Source: Dipteris shenzhenensis
Taxonomy: Eukaryota
Reading direction: 5' to 3' (one strand)
Assembly (NCBI GenBank): GCA_047967505.1
Contig: CM106538.1
Length of the DNA stretch: 64,000 nt
The notes under the pieces were generated by a model, which saw nothing but the letters and a program-made list of their open reading frames with translations, made no database searches and was not told where the DNA came from. Made by a program: the position numbers and the translations under genes. Numbering within the stretch: the stretch's first letter is position 1; the number at the start of each line of letters is the position of its first letter. Positions 12,033 through 24,500 of the stretch are shown one piece after another.

Positions 12033-14190
12033 ATGGTAACAAAGAAAATATTGGATAATCTATGGCATGAAGCAGGACGAAAAACAGAATTTTACAGGAA
12101 AGAGATCAATCCTATGCTGAAATATGAGAGACTAGATCACCTTAACGAAGATATCTCAGTGTTCAAGAGACACACAACATGCATAATGAGGACCAGCTCA
12201 CATGATCTAGAAGTGGAAAGTGGCAGTTGGATAAAACCAAAGCTCCCACGAGAAGACAAAATATGCAAGTAGTGAAGTAGAAAATGAAGAACACAAACTT
12301 CTGCATTGACGAGCTTATATGCACATCAGGGAGAAAAACCCTATGGATGCCATTTCATTCAACAACATACAAGACCTTTTTGTCGACCAGCCAAACAGCT
12401 AGGATCATATTTGAAGGAGGTTTTGGGGCACTGACACAAAACCTTGGACATGGCATGCAAGCTAGCCAGACAAATACTAGTCTGATCGACAATCCTAGAA
12501 CATCAACCAGCTATTCTGAGAGCAGTTATCAGCATTGTCGATCTGTCCCATGCATTCTCTTGGGTCTCCAATGGAAATTAATACAAATCGTATCATATCA
12601 TCTCATCTTATCTCTCTCACAAGCTATGGGTTGAGACAACACAAGCAGAGGGCATTTCACGTGAGAGACAGATCTGCACTTTATGTGAGGAGACAAGAGA
12701 CATAGGAGCACTTTGCATTCAGATGCCCTATAATTTATGAGATCCGTGGATGGCATCACTATCTATTCGGTAACGGCTTCGGCCCACTCAAAGAGTTCCT
12801 AGCACACCCTGATCGGGACGTGTGACCACCTTCCTTCTTGACTCCCAGAGACATAGACATTAGCTCATGATGCAAGCATAGAGGAGTGCACAAGAGGGAC
12901 CTTGTCATAGCCAAATTAGAGGATGATCACGGATTTGTTCTTTGATGACCCAGGCCAAGAGCAGCAGGGGACTAGACGTAGTATGAGACCCAAAGTGCAC
13001 AACTCAATAGACCCAACGACACTCACATGAGAACTGCAGACATCTCTCTATTCGACGTGGGGAGACAGCCCATTGGGCTCACGGTAGCACTAGTCAGACA
13101 CTGGGCTACCTTACAGAATCTGCATAGGAGGGAGGGACCTACACAACCTTAGCATCAGCAAACCATCCTTGATTTTCTTCTTCAGGCAAGCTCATCTTGT
13201 CTCTCCTCACTCTTCCGATGGAGTTGTTCCCATCGACATCATACATGAGTCAAGTCACTCAGATGGATTACTAACCAATCGGTAAATGACCAGGGACTTC
13301 CCCTCGTTGTTCCTTATTTTTGTTTTCTCTCTCTTGCAAAGCGACAGCATAATGCATTTATTTTTGCCGTCATTTTGTGTATGGGTGCTCGTTTAGTTGG
13401 CCCATCCCCTTTCATTGTATTGTGGGTTTTTAAAAGTCCTATAGACCCTTCAGCCTTGTGTAGACGTTAATAATCTCCATGACACTGGCAGCAAAGGGAG
13501 GCCAAAGATGCTGGTATGCACGTACTTGCAAATGGCTTGAGAGCCGCCTTGGGCTCGATATAGACAAGATACCACCCTTCCAGTCAGCGTTGACATCATC
13601 TCTATCCTGCTCACATACCACGAGGTGAACCAAGTCATCTGAGAGGATCTCCTATAGTCACATAGGGAGCTCCCCCTAAAGCTTAGTTTCTGAAAACCAC
13701 TGCCTACGGATTTCGAATGAGGGCTTCATCGACCCACATAGATATACACGGATCCACCTCGCTTACTCTACCTAAAGAGGGCCGCATTTGCACCTTGTGT
13801 GACTCCCGGGAGATAGAGTCAAAGGAGCATTTCGCTTTCTGGTGCCCAATGTACTATAAGATTAAAGGCCGATACCACTACCTTTTCAAAGATGGCTTCA
13901 GCTCTCTACCCACTCTCCTATCCTCTACCCAGACTAGAGATGCTCCGCAGCCTTCATTCATGAGGTCGTACAGCAGCACAGAGCAGTTGCACAAGGCCCA
14001 AACGGGAGATCCCGACACACACACAGACTCCACTCAAGAGCACAATCACTGAATTTTTCCAGCCAGACAGACTTCTACGGGCCATACAGGCTCATAGCCA
14101 CCAGGCCCTATCACAGTGTTTCTACCACCACTGCAGCCCCACACACCATCAACCCTCTCCTAGGGCTGAAGATCTCACTGGCCTCTACTC
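12033..14190 (+). mobile_element. Cluster of three 5'-truncated RTE-X/L2-like LINE 3' fragments
   Basis: Repeated C-terminal motif RTSSH.L.VE.G.W...PREDKIC / RICTLC...E.KEHF.F.CP.YY.I.GRYH near 12190, 12660-12780 and 13770-13900. Confidence 0.7.
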
Positions 14191-14199
14191 TCATTTGGC

Positions 14200-16375
14200 A
14201 CAAAACAAATTTCGTTTTTGAGCTTCTAGTAGCCCTGGCAGCCCACACATTGCCTTGGTAGTCAAAAATCAGCAAGGCGATATGATAGAATATCCCTAGA
14301 GCACTTCCCCAGCTCGTGACTTGACTCTCCCTGTTCTTATGTGGTCCAGAAAACAACCCTCCAATAAAATTTTGACTTTTCTGCTTGCTTTTTGGCCTCC
14401 ACAATGCCAAACAGGTGTCTTGTGCTGATTTTAGAAACCTATACCCAAAATAGCAATTTTTAATTGCACCACACTTTTGACCTCCTGTTGCACACTTTGG
14501 TCCTAGGAATTACTTGCCTAGTAACTGGGCGCACATTCACAATTTCCAAGAGCCCACTAGGAATTATAATCCCACGAGTCTCGTGCACAAGGCCACACTC
14601 TCGCGCCCCAGAGGCTCAAGGTAGTCACGCGTAAATTACGGGAGTCGCAAATCAAAAGTCCCATAAATTCATGTCCTCGTGACATACCCCCCTCTTGAAA
14701 AAGAAGGCAAACATCCACGATTTCCTGCAAACAAAAACAATAGCAAAAGAAAAAGAAAATAGCAAAGATTAAAACCAAATCTGAAAGGACCCAATGTACT
14801 TTTTAGCCTTGCCTTCTGAAAACGCAACAAGACATAATCACTTGCATTAATAACCACTTCACGACAATGTTTGTCTATTTCCCTCTTGTGCTTGTCTTGT
14901 GCCCACTGAAGTGCTTGCTTCACCTTATGATAAGCTACATCCAAGCTTTCCACATACTTATCAGCCTCAAAAATTTTATCTTTGGTTTGTAGAATGGGTG
15001 GAATCTTACGACTGCCTTCCACTATCTTGAATGGAGCTTTATCTGTAGAAGAATGTACCGTGTTATTATATGCATACTCAACCAACGGTAGAAATTTCTC
15101 CCATTGTGACTGGTGCTCCGAAACATAGCATTTCAGCAAATTCAATGCTGTGGAATTAGCCTTCTCCGATTGCCCATTTGACTGCGATGCAAAGCAGAAG
15201 AAAACTGAAGACTAGTGCCCATTTTATCAAAAAGCCAAAATGAGCTGGTCATGCGAGGATCTCTATTACTCATGATAGACTTGGGCATGCCATGATATTT
15301 AAAAATATTAATAAATAACTTCGCCATATGATCTGCCCCAAGTAGGGGTCCCAGGCAAATCAAAAATAAAGTCCATGGCTATGCTTTCCCATGGTCTATC
15401 TGGGATGGACAAAGAATGTAACAATCTTAGAGTCTTCCAATCACCTTCTGATAGGTCATGCATGTGCGAACATATTCTTCAGCATCACCACACAGCGTAG
15501 GCCAATAAAAGAAATGCTCCACCGCCTTAACTGTAGCATCCCCGATGTCCTGCATATGGTGGATCATGACATTCACTCATGACCTTTTGCCTCAACTGCT
15601 GGGTGACACACAGCCTGCCCAGCATCATCATATAAGCACATAATGGTCATGTTTCTGCCCATTGCTAAGCTGATCATAAATTCCAGCATATTGCTCATCA
15701 TCTACATATTGATCCTTCATAACCTCAAGCTCATTCTAATAGGCAATTGTCACAGCTGAAACTTGCAGCTTTTGGGACAAGGCATCCGCGACCACATTCT
15801 TCTTGCCTTCAACATGTACAATCTGAAAATGAAACATAGACAAGAAATTTGCCCACCTCATGTGCTTCTCAGACAACTTGGACTGCGTCAAAAAGTAATG
15901 CAAGGACTAATGATCCGTTTGGACCGTAAAATCAGCTCCAAGGAGATAATGTTTCCAGGTAGACAAGGCATGAAGTACAGCCAACATCTCCTTCTCATAG
16001 ATCTGCAAATGCTTCTCAGCTGGCTTTAATATACGACTCTCATAGGCTACAGGGTGCCCATCTTGTGTTAGAACAGCTCCAATACCATTCTTACCACAAG
16101 CATCCGCGTGCACATGAAAAGATTTTCGCAAATCGGGTAAAATCAGCACCGGATCTGTTATAAGTTTATGTTTCAACTCCTCAAAAGAGTCATTCTCTTC
16201 CTTTGTCCACCCAAACTCCCTTTCTTTCTTAGACAGAGTATGGATAGGAGCTGCAATATTTGCAAAATGACGGATAAAGCAGCGGTAGTATGAACACAAG
16301 CCCAAGAAACTGCGAACTTCATGCAAGTTCTTCGGTTGTGGGCAACTCCTTATGGCTTCCACTTAAGCTAAATCC
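14200..16375 (-). mobile_element. Truncated Ty3/Gypsy (RNase H-integrase, PPT, partial 3' LTR from 14684), same family as the 47787..56826 element
   Basis: ORFs 15907..16362 (VRSFLGLCSYYR, HADAC, PVAYESR), 15142..15363 and 14669..15145 (LPLVEYAYNNTVHSST). PPT AAGAGGGGGG precedes TGTCACGAGGACATGAATTT. Confidence 0.85.
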
Positions 16376-18519
16376 TGTTAGAATTATTATCATATTCTAG
16401 GCAGTGGCCAATGTATTGTAATAAGTAGGTTAGGGGCACTTTTTCTCTTTGAGATTTTTCCCCCTAGCCACAGTCCAATCCCTAACTACGGTTAGTAGAT
16501 AGAATAGGGTTTTGTCACTTAGACAAAACCCCTCACTCTTTCTTTGTACTTACTCATTCTACTCATTCTATTTAGTACACTTACGTTTACTCACTCTCAC
16601 TCTTGCTCATTGCTCACCTTGCTCCCACATTAGGTGTCAGAGCGGGTTTTCCCTGCTCTTGCTCCTGCTATACAGCTGCCTCCAAATCCCGTCCTCTAGC
16701 TCCAACTCACGACCTCCATTTTGTATAGTCCGTACGACTGAACGATTCCGTACTGTTGTCCGTACCGCCGTACGTTTCTACTGACGCCATCCATACCAGT
16801 CTGCACTGCCGTATTGCAACATTCGTACTCTGTACAGCAGGCGTCAACACCGTACTGTTATTGGTAGTCCGTGCGCCTATAGCATTCAAGCCTGCCGTCA
16901 TCCGTACAGCATCAGAACCGCATGTGCGAACTGCATCCATACTGTCGTACAGCACGTTTCGTACATTCTTGTCAGAACTGCCGTACAGTTTCAATACAGT
17001 CATCCGTACACATAATGTGTCGTACCATTTCGTCCGTACAAGCTCACTGATAGTTCCGTACTGTCAGTTCGGTACAGGTTGAAGGTGTCCGTACATTTTG
17101 CAGAGCTTTCCTTGCATGTGTTTTTGGCAAGCATTCTTGCAGATAGCCATTGTTTGGCTGGCATTTTGGGAGCAAATTTGGGGCTTTTGCATTTATTGCA
17201 AAGAATTGCACAAATTTGGGGCTTTTAGTTCATTTGCCCCTTTTAGGTACAATTTCTTGCAGAAATTTCGGGCTTTTGCATTTCGGATGCAATTTGGTAG
17301 TTGAAAGAGCATTTGGGAGATTTACAAGCAGTTTTGGACTCAATGTGAGTCATTGCATACTTTTGCCACTTTTTGTAGATTTTCTTTGTAAATTTTTTGG
17401 CATTTGTAGAGCATTGTGGTGCATTTCTCCTCTGCTGCTGTGGGAGCCATTGGAGCAGCAGCTGCTCCAATTACTTGTGCTGCATTTTGACCTCTACCCC
17501 TGCCTCCAGTTGTAGAAGTGACAGGTGTAGCCACAGAATCTGGCCTTGCTTCATCTCCATTGACATAGTCCCAAAGATGTCTGCGAACCAAGATGTTGCG
17601 AACCATAAACTCCACAAGGAGTAGTTGGCGCCATCCAATTGATCCTCCTGTGTGAGGACTCCGAACACCTTCAGAGCCATTTTTGCCAAATAAACTCAAA
17701 AAACACATCAAACTAGACGAGTAAGATCCCTTCCTGGGATGTAAAATGCACTACCAGAGTTTGCAAAAAAAAATCTGCCCACAGTGACAATTACTGCCAC
17801 AACCTATCAAAGGCTTTCACATTCAATAATGCAAGACCTCAAAGGCAGCTTGGGAGATTTTGGAGAGTATGTTTGCAACAAGACATGATGCCAGAGTTTC
17901 CTTCCTGAAGAGAGCTCTATCTCATACGCATATGGATGAGGGAGATTCAATGAATGCTCACCTTACAAAGCTTCAAGATTTGAGGGAGTAGTTGCTGAAT
18001 ATAGATGAAGTTATTCCACTACCACTCGGAATTCTCTTCCTGAGTCTTATCTTGGTTTCCACACCTCGCTGAATTTGTCATTCAGGGGAAGCAACAATCC
18101 TCTTTCTTTTCACGAGTTAGTAGGACTTCTGTTGCAGGAAGAGCAGACAAGAAGAAATATGGCAACATGGGCTCACAAGCATGCCATGCTTTCTAAGTTT
18201 AAGCCCAAAGGAAAAGGGAAGCAAAAGCAACATGCCAATCAGCCCGCACATATGCAGCCCTCTTATAAGTCTAAGGGTGATGCAGATAAGCCTGAAAGGA
18301 AGGGCATTTGTCACTACTGCAAGAAGCCAGGTCATTATATTGGTGAATGCAAGAAGCGCATAGCTAAAGAAAAGAAAAGGATTCCGGTATGACTGTGTCA
18401 GATGCATCAGCTCCTAATGCATATGATCGGGGAGATGTTACAGCCAACTTTGTGGAAGAGCACTATGCCTTTTTGTCTTGCATCTCAGATTTTTCAGTGG
18501 ATAGTTCAGATACTACAAC

Positions 18520-21500
18520 TGAAGGGGGAAGGTGAGTGGTAGATGTACAAGAGGGAGAGAGTAGGAGAGAGAGAAGACTCCAAATGTGCGGGTGTGAAGT
18601 GATGAGCCACACCACAAACTCTTAAGTTTTATTAGGATTAGGTTTTTCCCCCTATGACTGTCTTAAGACAGTCATAGGTGTCATAACTTTAATAAAGGGG
18701 TGGCAATGTGCCTTTACCCCAACAACCTCCCACCTAAAGGCCAATATGCCTAAAGGGGAGAAAAGAATAAAAATTACAGCAATATACAGTTACTGTATAC
18801 AAGACCATAAAATAAGAGTGGTCTCATCCTAATCCCATGATGTGGCGGCAATGTGCAAACCGCTCTGTAGGCAAGCTCTTAGTGAGCAAATCTGCAGGAT
18901 TATCATCAGTATGCACCTTCACAAGCTCAAGTCGCTTGTCTTCCAGTACCTCCCTGATGAAATGATATTTCACATCTATGTGCTTGGTCTTCTGATGAAA
19001 GACCGGATTCTTTGCCAACATGATAGCACTCTGACTATCACAATGCAAAACTGGCATATCTCCTGTAATGCCCAAGTCTCCCACCAGCCGAGTAAGCCAT
19101 ATTGCTTCCTTGCAAGCCTCAGTGGCTGCAACATATTCAGCTTCAGTAGTTGACAGTGCAACGCATTTCTGCAACCGAGACACCCATGATATAGCACCTC
19201 CTGCAAATGTGAAAATATAACCGGTAGTAGACTTCCGGTTATCTGCATTCCCTGCATAGTCTGAATCTGTAAAACCATGCACCAATGCATCCTGCCTACC
19301 ATAGCATATGCACAAGTCTTTGGTACCCTTGAGATACCTCAAGACACCTTTCACTGCTTCCCAGTGCCGCTTGCCTAGATTTGCCATATACCTGCTGATG
19401 ACTCCCACCGCAAAAGCAATATCCGGACGGGTGGCAACCATGGCATACATCAAAGAACCAACTGCAGATGCATACGGAACCTTGGCCATTTCAGCCTTAT
19501 CATCATCTGATCTGGGGCTGTCCTTACTGCTGAGTTTTAAATGTGGAGGCAACGGGGTACTAATAGACTTCCCCCCCTCCATTTTAAACCTCTGCAGTAA
19601 TTTGTCAATGTACTCCTTCTGTGACAGAAACAAAAGTCCCTTGGACCTGTCACGAGTAATCCTCATGCCAAGAATATGGTTGGCATCACCCAAGTCTTTC
19701 ATGTCAAAAGACTTATGCAGTTGTTTCTTTAAAGCACTAATCTCATGCTGAGATTTACTGGCAATCAGCATGTCATCCACATATAGAATGAATAGCATCA
19801 AACTGCCATCCTTTGCCCGTTTGGTGTACAAGCAATGATCGGTTTCACACCTATGATACCCTTGAGACTGCATGAAGGCATCAAACTTCTTGTACCATTC
19901 TCTTGGTGCCTGCTTGAGTCCATACAAGCTCCTTTTGAGCTTACACACAAGCTGCTCTTTCCCTTTAACAGCATATCCCTCTGGCTGACTCATGTAGATC
20001 TCATCATGGAGATCTCCGTGAAGAAAAGCAGTCTTCACACCCATCTGACATAAATCCATGTCCTCATGAGCAACAAGAGCTAATACTGCTCTCAAAGTAG
20101 TCATCTTGACGACAGGGGAAAAGATCTCATCAAAGTCAATGCCCTTCTCCTGCTTAAATCCCTTGGCAACCAATCTGGCCTTATACCTCGGTAAAGCATT
20201 TGAATCCACTTTGACTTTGAAAACCCACTTGCATGGCAAAACCTTTCTGCCTGCAGGTAGCTGCACCAAGTCCCATGTATCATTTTGAAGTAAGGAGTCC
20301 ATTTCTGACTGCATGGCTTTCTCCCACTTCCTTTTCTCTGTTCTTCCCATAGCTTCCTTGAAGCTGGAAGGCTCACCACAATCTGTCAGCATGATAAAAT
20401 CAGCCACATTGTTGGCTCCTGGAACAAACCTGTCAGGAGGCCGTTGTACACGGGTGCTCCTCCTAATAAAATGTTCCGGATTAGGCTGCTGTCCAGCCTG
20501 TTCGTCATGCATGACGGGTGGCTGTACCACCATATCTGGCTGTTGTACAGCCCCATCTGCTGGCATATCCAATGGTGCATCATTGGCAAAATTTTCTGGC
20601 TGATTTCCAGCCTGTATACCCTCTTGAACAGGGTTATCTGCAGCAGCCTGCTGCTGCATATAAAAGGGCATTCTTTGCTGTCCAACATCATCATAAATAA
20701 CCCTCCTGTATTCCACAGGTTGCACGGGTTCCTTGTGTACACTATCCTCTTTAAAGATGACATCATTGCTGCGTATAATCTTCCGTTTAACGGGATCCCA
20801 TAACCTGTACCCCATTTCACCTTCGTCACCATAACCCATAAAGATGCATCTGATAGACTTTGGCTCCAGTTTGGTGCGCAGTTCTTTGCGTACATGAGCA
20901 AAGCACTCGCAGCCAAATACACGTAAGTGCTTATATGAGGGTGGCTTGCCAGACCACACCTCCTCTGGCACTTTCAACTCCAAAGCCTTGTTTGGCGAGC
21001 TGTTAATAATGTGAACTGCTGTTTGCACGGCTTCTGCCCAAAAGCCATGGGGCAATGCAGCATAAGACAACATACATCGAGCCTTCTCCTGAATAGTTCG
21101 ATTCATTCGCTCACTTACACCATTTTGAGATGCATTATGAGGGGCTGTGAGATCCTGTTTGATGCCCTTAGCTTCGCAAAATTGCACAAAAGCATGTGAC
21201 ACATACTCACCCCCATTATCGGATCTGAGGCATTTCAGCCTGCGACCTGTCCGATTCTCAAGCTGAGCGACAAACTTCTTGAAAGCATCTAAGGCATCGC
21301 TTTTATGCTTTAAGAAATAGACCCACACTCTGCGTGTGGCATCATCAATAAAAGTAATGAAATACTTTGCACCCCCTAGTGATAACTGTGGCATCTCACA
21401 CAAATCAGTGTGCACTAGATCAAGCGGTGCTCTATTCTGGGGAGTTCTCCTCTTATGAGGAGTCACAGAATGCTTGCCAAATATGCAATGATCACAAGTA

Positions 21501-24500
21501 GGCAAGTCTGAAAAAGAAAGAGACGGCAGATAACCCAAACGTGACAGTTCTTGCATTCCTTTAACAGACATGTGTCCCAACCGGCTATGCCACAATGAAA
21601 CCTTTGGCAGCTCGGTTATGGCAACAACATGATTACCCACACTGGAAACATAAAGAGGGTACAAGGTATCACTCTTAAAACCCTCAGCCACTACAACCTG
21701 GCCATCAGTAATCACCCATTTGGAATCCCCAAATGTGGTGTGGTAACCACTGTCATCCAACAAGCCAGTGCTAATCAGATTTTTCTTGATTTGCGGCACA
21801 TGGCGAACACCATCAAGCATAAATGTGCGTCCATCAGAGAACACTATCTGTATACTGCCAATCCCTGCAATCTGACATGCATAGTTGTTCCCAAGGTGAA
21901 CAACTCCATGAGTACCTGTGTAGGAAGTAAACCACTCCCTATGAGGAGTAACATGAAAAGAAGCACCTGAATCCAAGAGCCAGGTGTGCATGTCATGGCC
22001 ATCAATAACCAATGTGTGTGCAATTACAGCAGAAGAACATAATACCTCATGTCTGTCACTGTCACTGTCCTCTGCTGCAACATTCACTGCATCCAAGTCA
22101 TCTACCTTGGCCTTGCCTTTGCCTTTGCTTCCACTCCCTGCATCCTTTGTTTCAGCCTTCTGGGCTTTCTGATCCCGTATAAACTTGAAGCACTTAGACT
22201 TCACATGTCCCTTCTTGCCACAATAAAAGCATTCAATATCCTTTATACCACGGGACTGACTGCGGGATTTAGACTTACTAGCAGATCTCCCCTTCTGCTG
22301 AGTCCTGCATCTTTCCTGTACCTGCAAAGCATTTGAAGACTTGCTGCCAGCATTATTCTTTCTGCTCATCTCCTCCATAAGGAGAGAGCTCTCCACATCA
22401 GCATACATAAGAGTGACATTTGAATTAGACAGGGTGGTCTTGAAAGTGTCCCAACTCTCAGGAAGGGTACACAACAAGAAAGTAGCCTTGAACTCCTCAT
22501 CAAGGTTCAACCCCTGTGCAATCAGCTGTGTAAAGATGGCATTGAACTCACTCAAGTGTGAGGTCATAGCTGTACCTTCCTTCATGCGAAGATCAACCAG
22601 CTTCTTCAACCAATACACCTTACTGGCTGAACTCTTTTGTGCATACAACTCTGCTAGCCTCTGCCATACACCATAAGAGGTCTTTTCAGCCTGAACATTG
22701 TACACAAGAGAATCACTGAGAGTAAGCATGATAGCAGCCCTCGCGGACAGATCTAGCTCCTCCCATTCATCATCTGACATCCCAGATGGCTTGACACCCT
22801 TCACCCTCATGGGCTTAGAAATCTTCTTAAGCAGAAGTACATTCAAACACTGTTCTGCCCATAATGCATAATTGTGTGCCCCTTCCAACTTCTTTATGTT
22901 CAGAATTGATGATTCATTTCCCCCTGATGCCATATCAGATAAGGAAAGTACCTGACTCCCTGTAAGTCAAGAAAGACTGAATAAAATTCTGATTTCTCAG
23001 AAAAAACCTGCTCTATCAAGAGCCAGGAGCACTCACAATAGTGCTGTTTTTTACTGTCAGAAAATCTGCAGCACAACAGAAAATTTCTCTCCAGTTACTG
23101 TACCTTCTGACACACTGTACCGTGCTCAAATAGGCATTAAAAAAAAACAGTAATTTCAGAATGCTGCAGCTGCTCCACAAGTGCTTTAACAGTGCATCAA
23201 CAGCTGACAAAGCACAAAACACTGCTGTAAACACTGCTGCACTGCTGTCCTGATCACTTCTCCCACCTCGGATGAGGTATTGCACTGATTTAATATGCAT
23301 AAACCACTTGGCATATACTGTTTTGATTACCGGAAAAAAAAAAAAAAAAAAAAAAGAGCTCTAGACACTTCAGCCTGTCACAAAGCCTGCAACAGAAAAT
23401 GGGATAAATCCCAAGCAATTACCCTTCTGCCAAGGGAATAAAATGCATCTGAAGATCTCTGACAGTAACCCAAGTGCTCTCAAGCAAAATCTGGGCAAAA
23501 GCCCCTTGATCTGACACTTGTACCAAGTGAAAACAACCTCAACAATGAGGGATAAGGCATACAATGTGCAAATCTCTCTGACAAAATCAACTAACAGTGT
23601 AATGCAAATACTACCCTGTGTAGAAATGACATACACAGATCCCAACGTACAAACACTCAATGAGGAACCTTTTGAGCACTGTCAACGATGGACAGTTAGG
23701 GACCGAGTAAACTCGATGCGCCCTGGCCAAGCGTGGCTCAACTGAGGTTCTCTGAGTGTTGCACAAGAAATGTGACCTGCAAGAAAATGTCACCTCCACA
23801 CTGCGGAAATCGAGACAAATGTGTGCACTCTGGCACCACACTACCTCAAGGCATACAAAGCATCAACTGCTGGGCAAAAGCCCTATGATCTGCTCACCCG
23901 TAAACTGAGATTCAAACCCAGTAAAAGCATATATCCTCTGCAAGATCAAGGCATTACCTTCCCAAAACAAAATAACTGTGCAATCAACCACACACTGTGG
24001 TTCTGGTCACCTCAAGCAAGAGGGAGATGAAGGTACTTGCTGTACTTTCAAAAAAAAACAGTTTTGAGAACTGAAAAATGATCCTGAATGAAGAGCAGAG
24101 TGCTCTTTTTCCTTCTCTTTCTTCCCCAGAAAAAAAAACTGATGTACCTGCTGTACTTTCGTACTTGTGTACCTGTGCAGGGTACAAATGTACCTGCTGT
24201 ACCTATGCAGGGTACAAATCCAAGGAGAAATTTCAAAATGTACTCCTCTGACGCAGATCCAAAACAAAAAAGCACCTTCCTGTCGAAAATCCCTGACACA
24301 GCTCCCTGTCATAGTCCGTACGGTGGCGTCCGTACGGTACGGTCGCCTGTACGGTGTCCGTACGGCTGTACGGACGGCCGTACGTCCGTACGATACTGTA
24401 CGGCGTGCGAAATGACGCGTGCGCCTGCTGCCCGCTCTGCTGCCCGCCTACGAAATGGCGCGCTGCTGCGCCCCCCGCACTGCCTGCTGCAGCCCGCTCT

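Noticed and set aside
23334-23355. Long poly(A) run as a retroposed tail
   Set aside because: It lies inside the Copia leader with no TSD or attached insert; likely homopolymer expansion.
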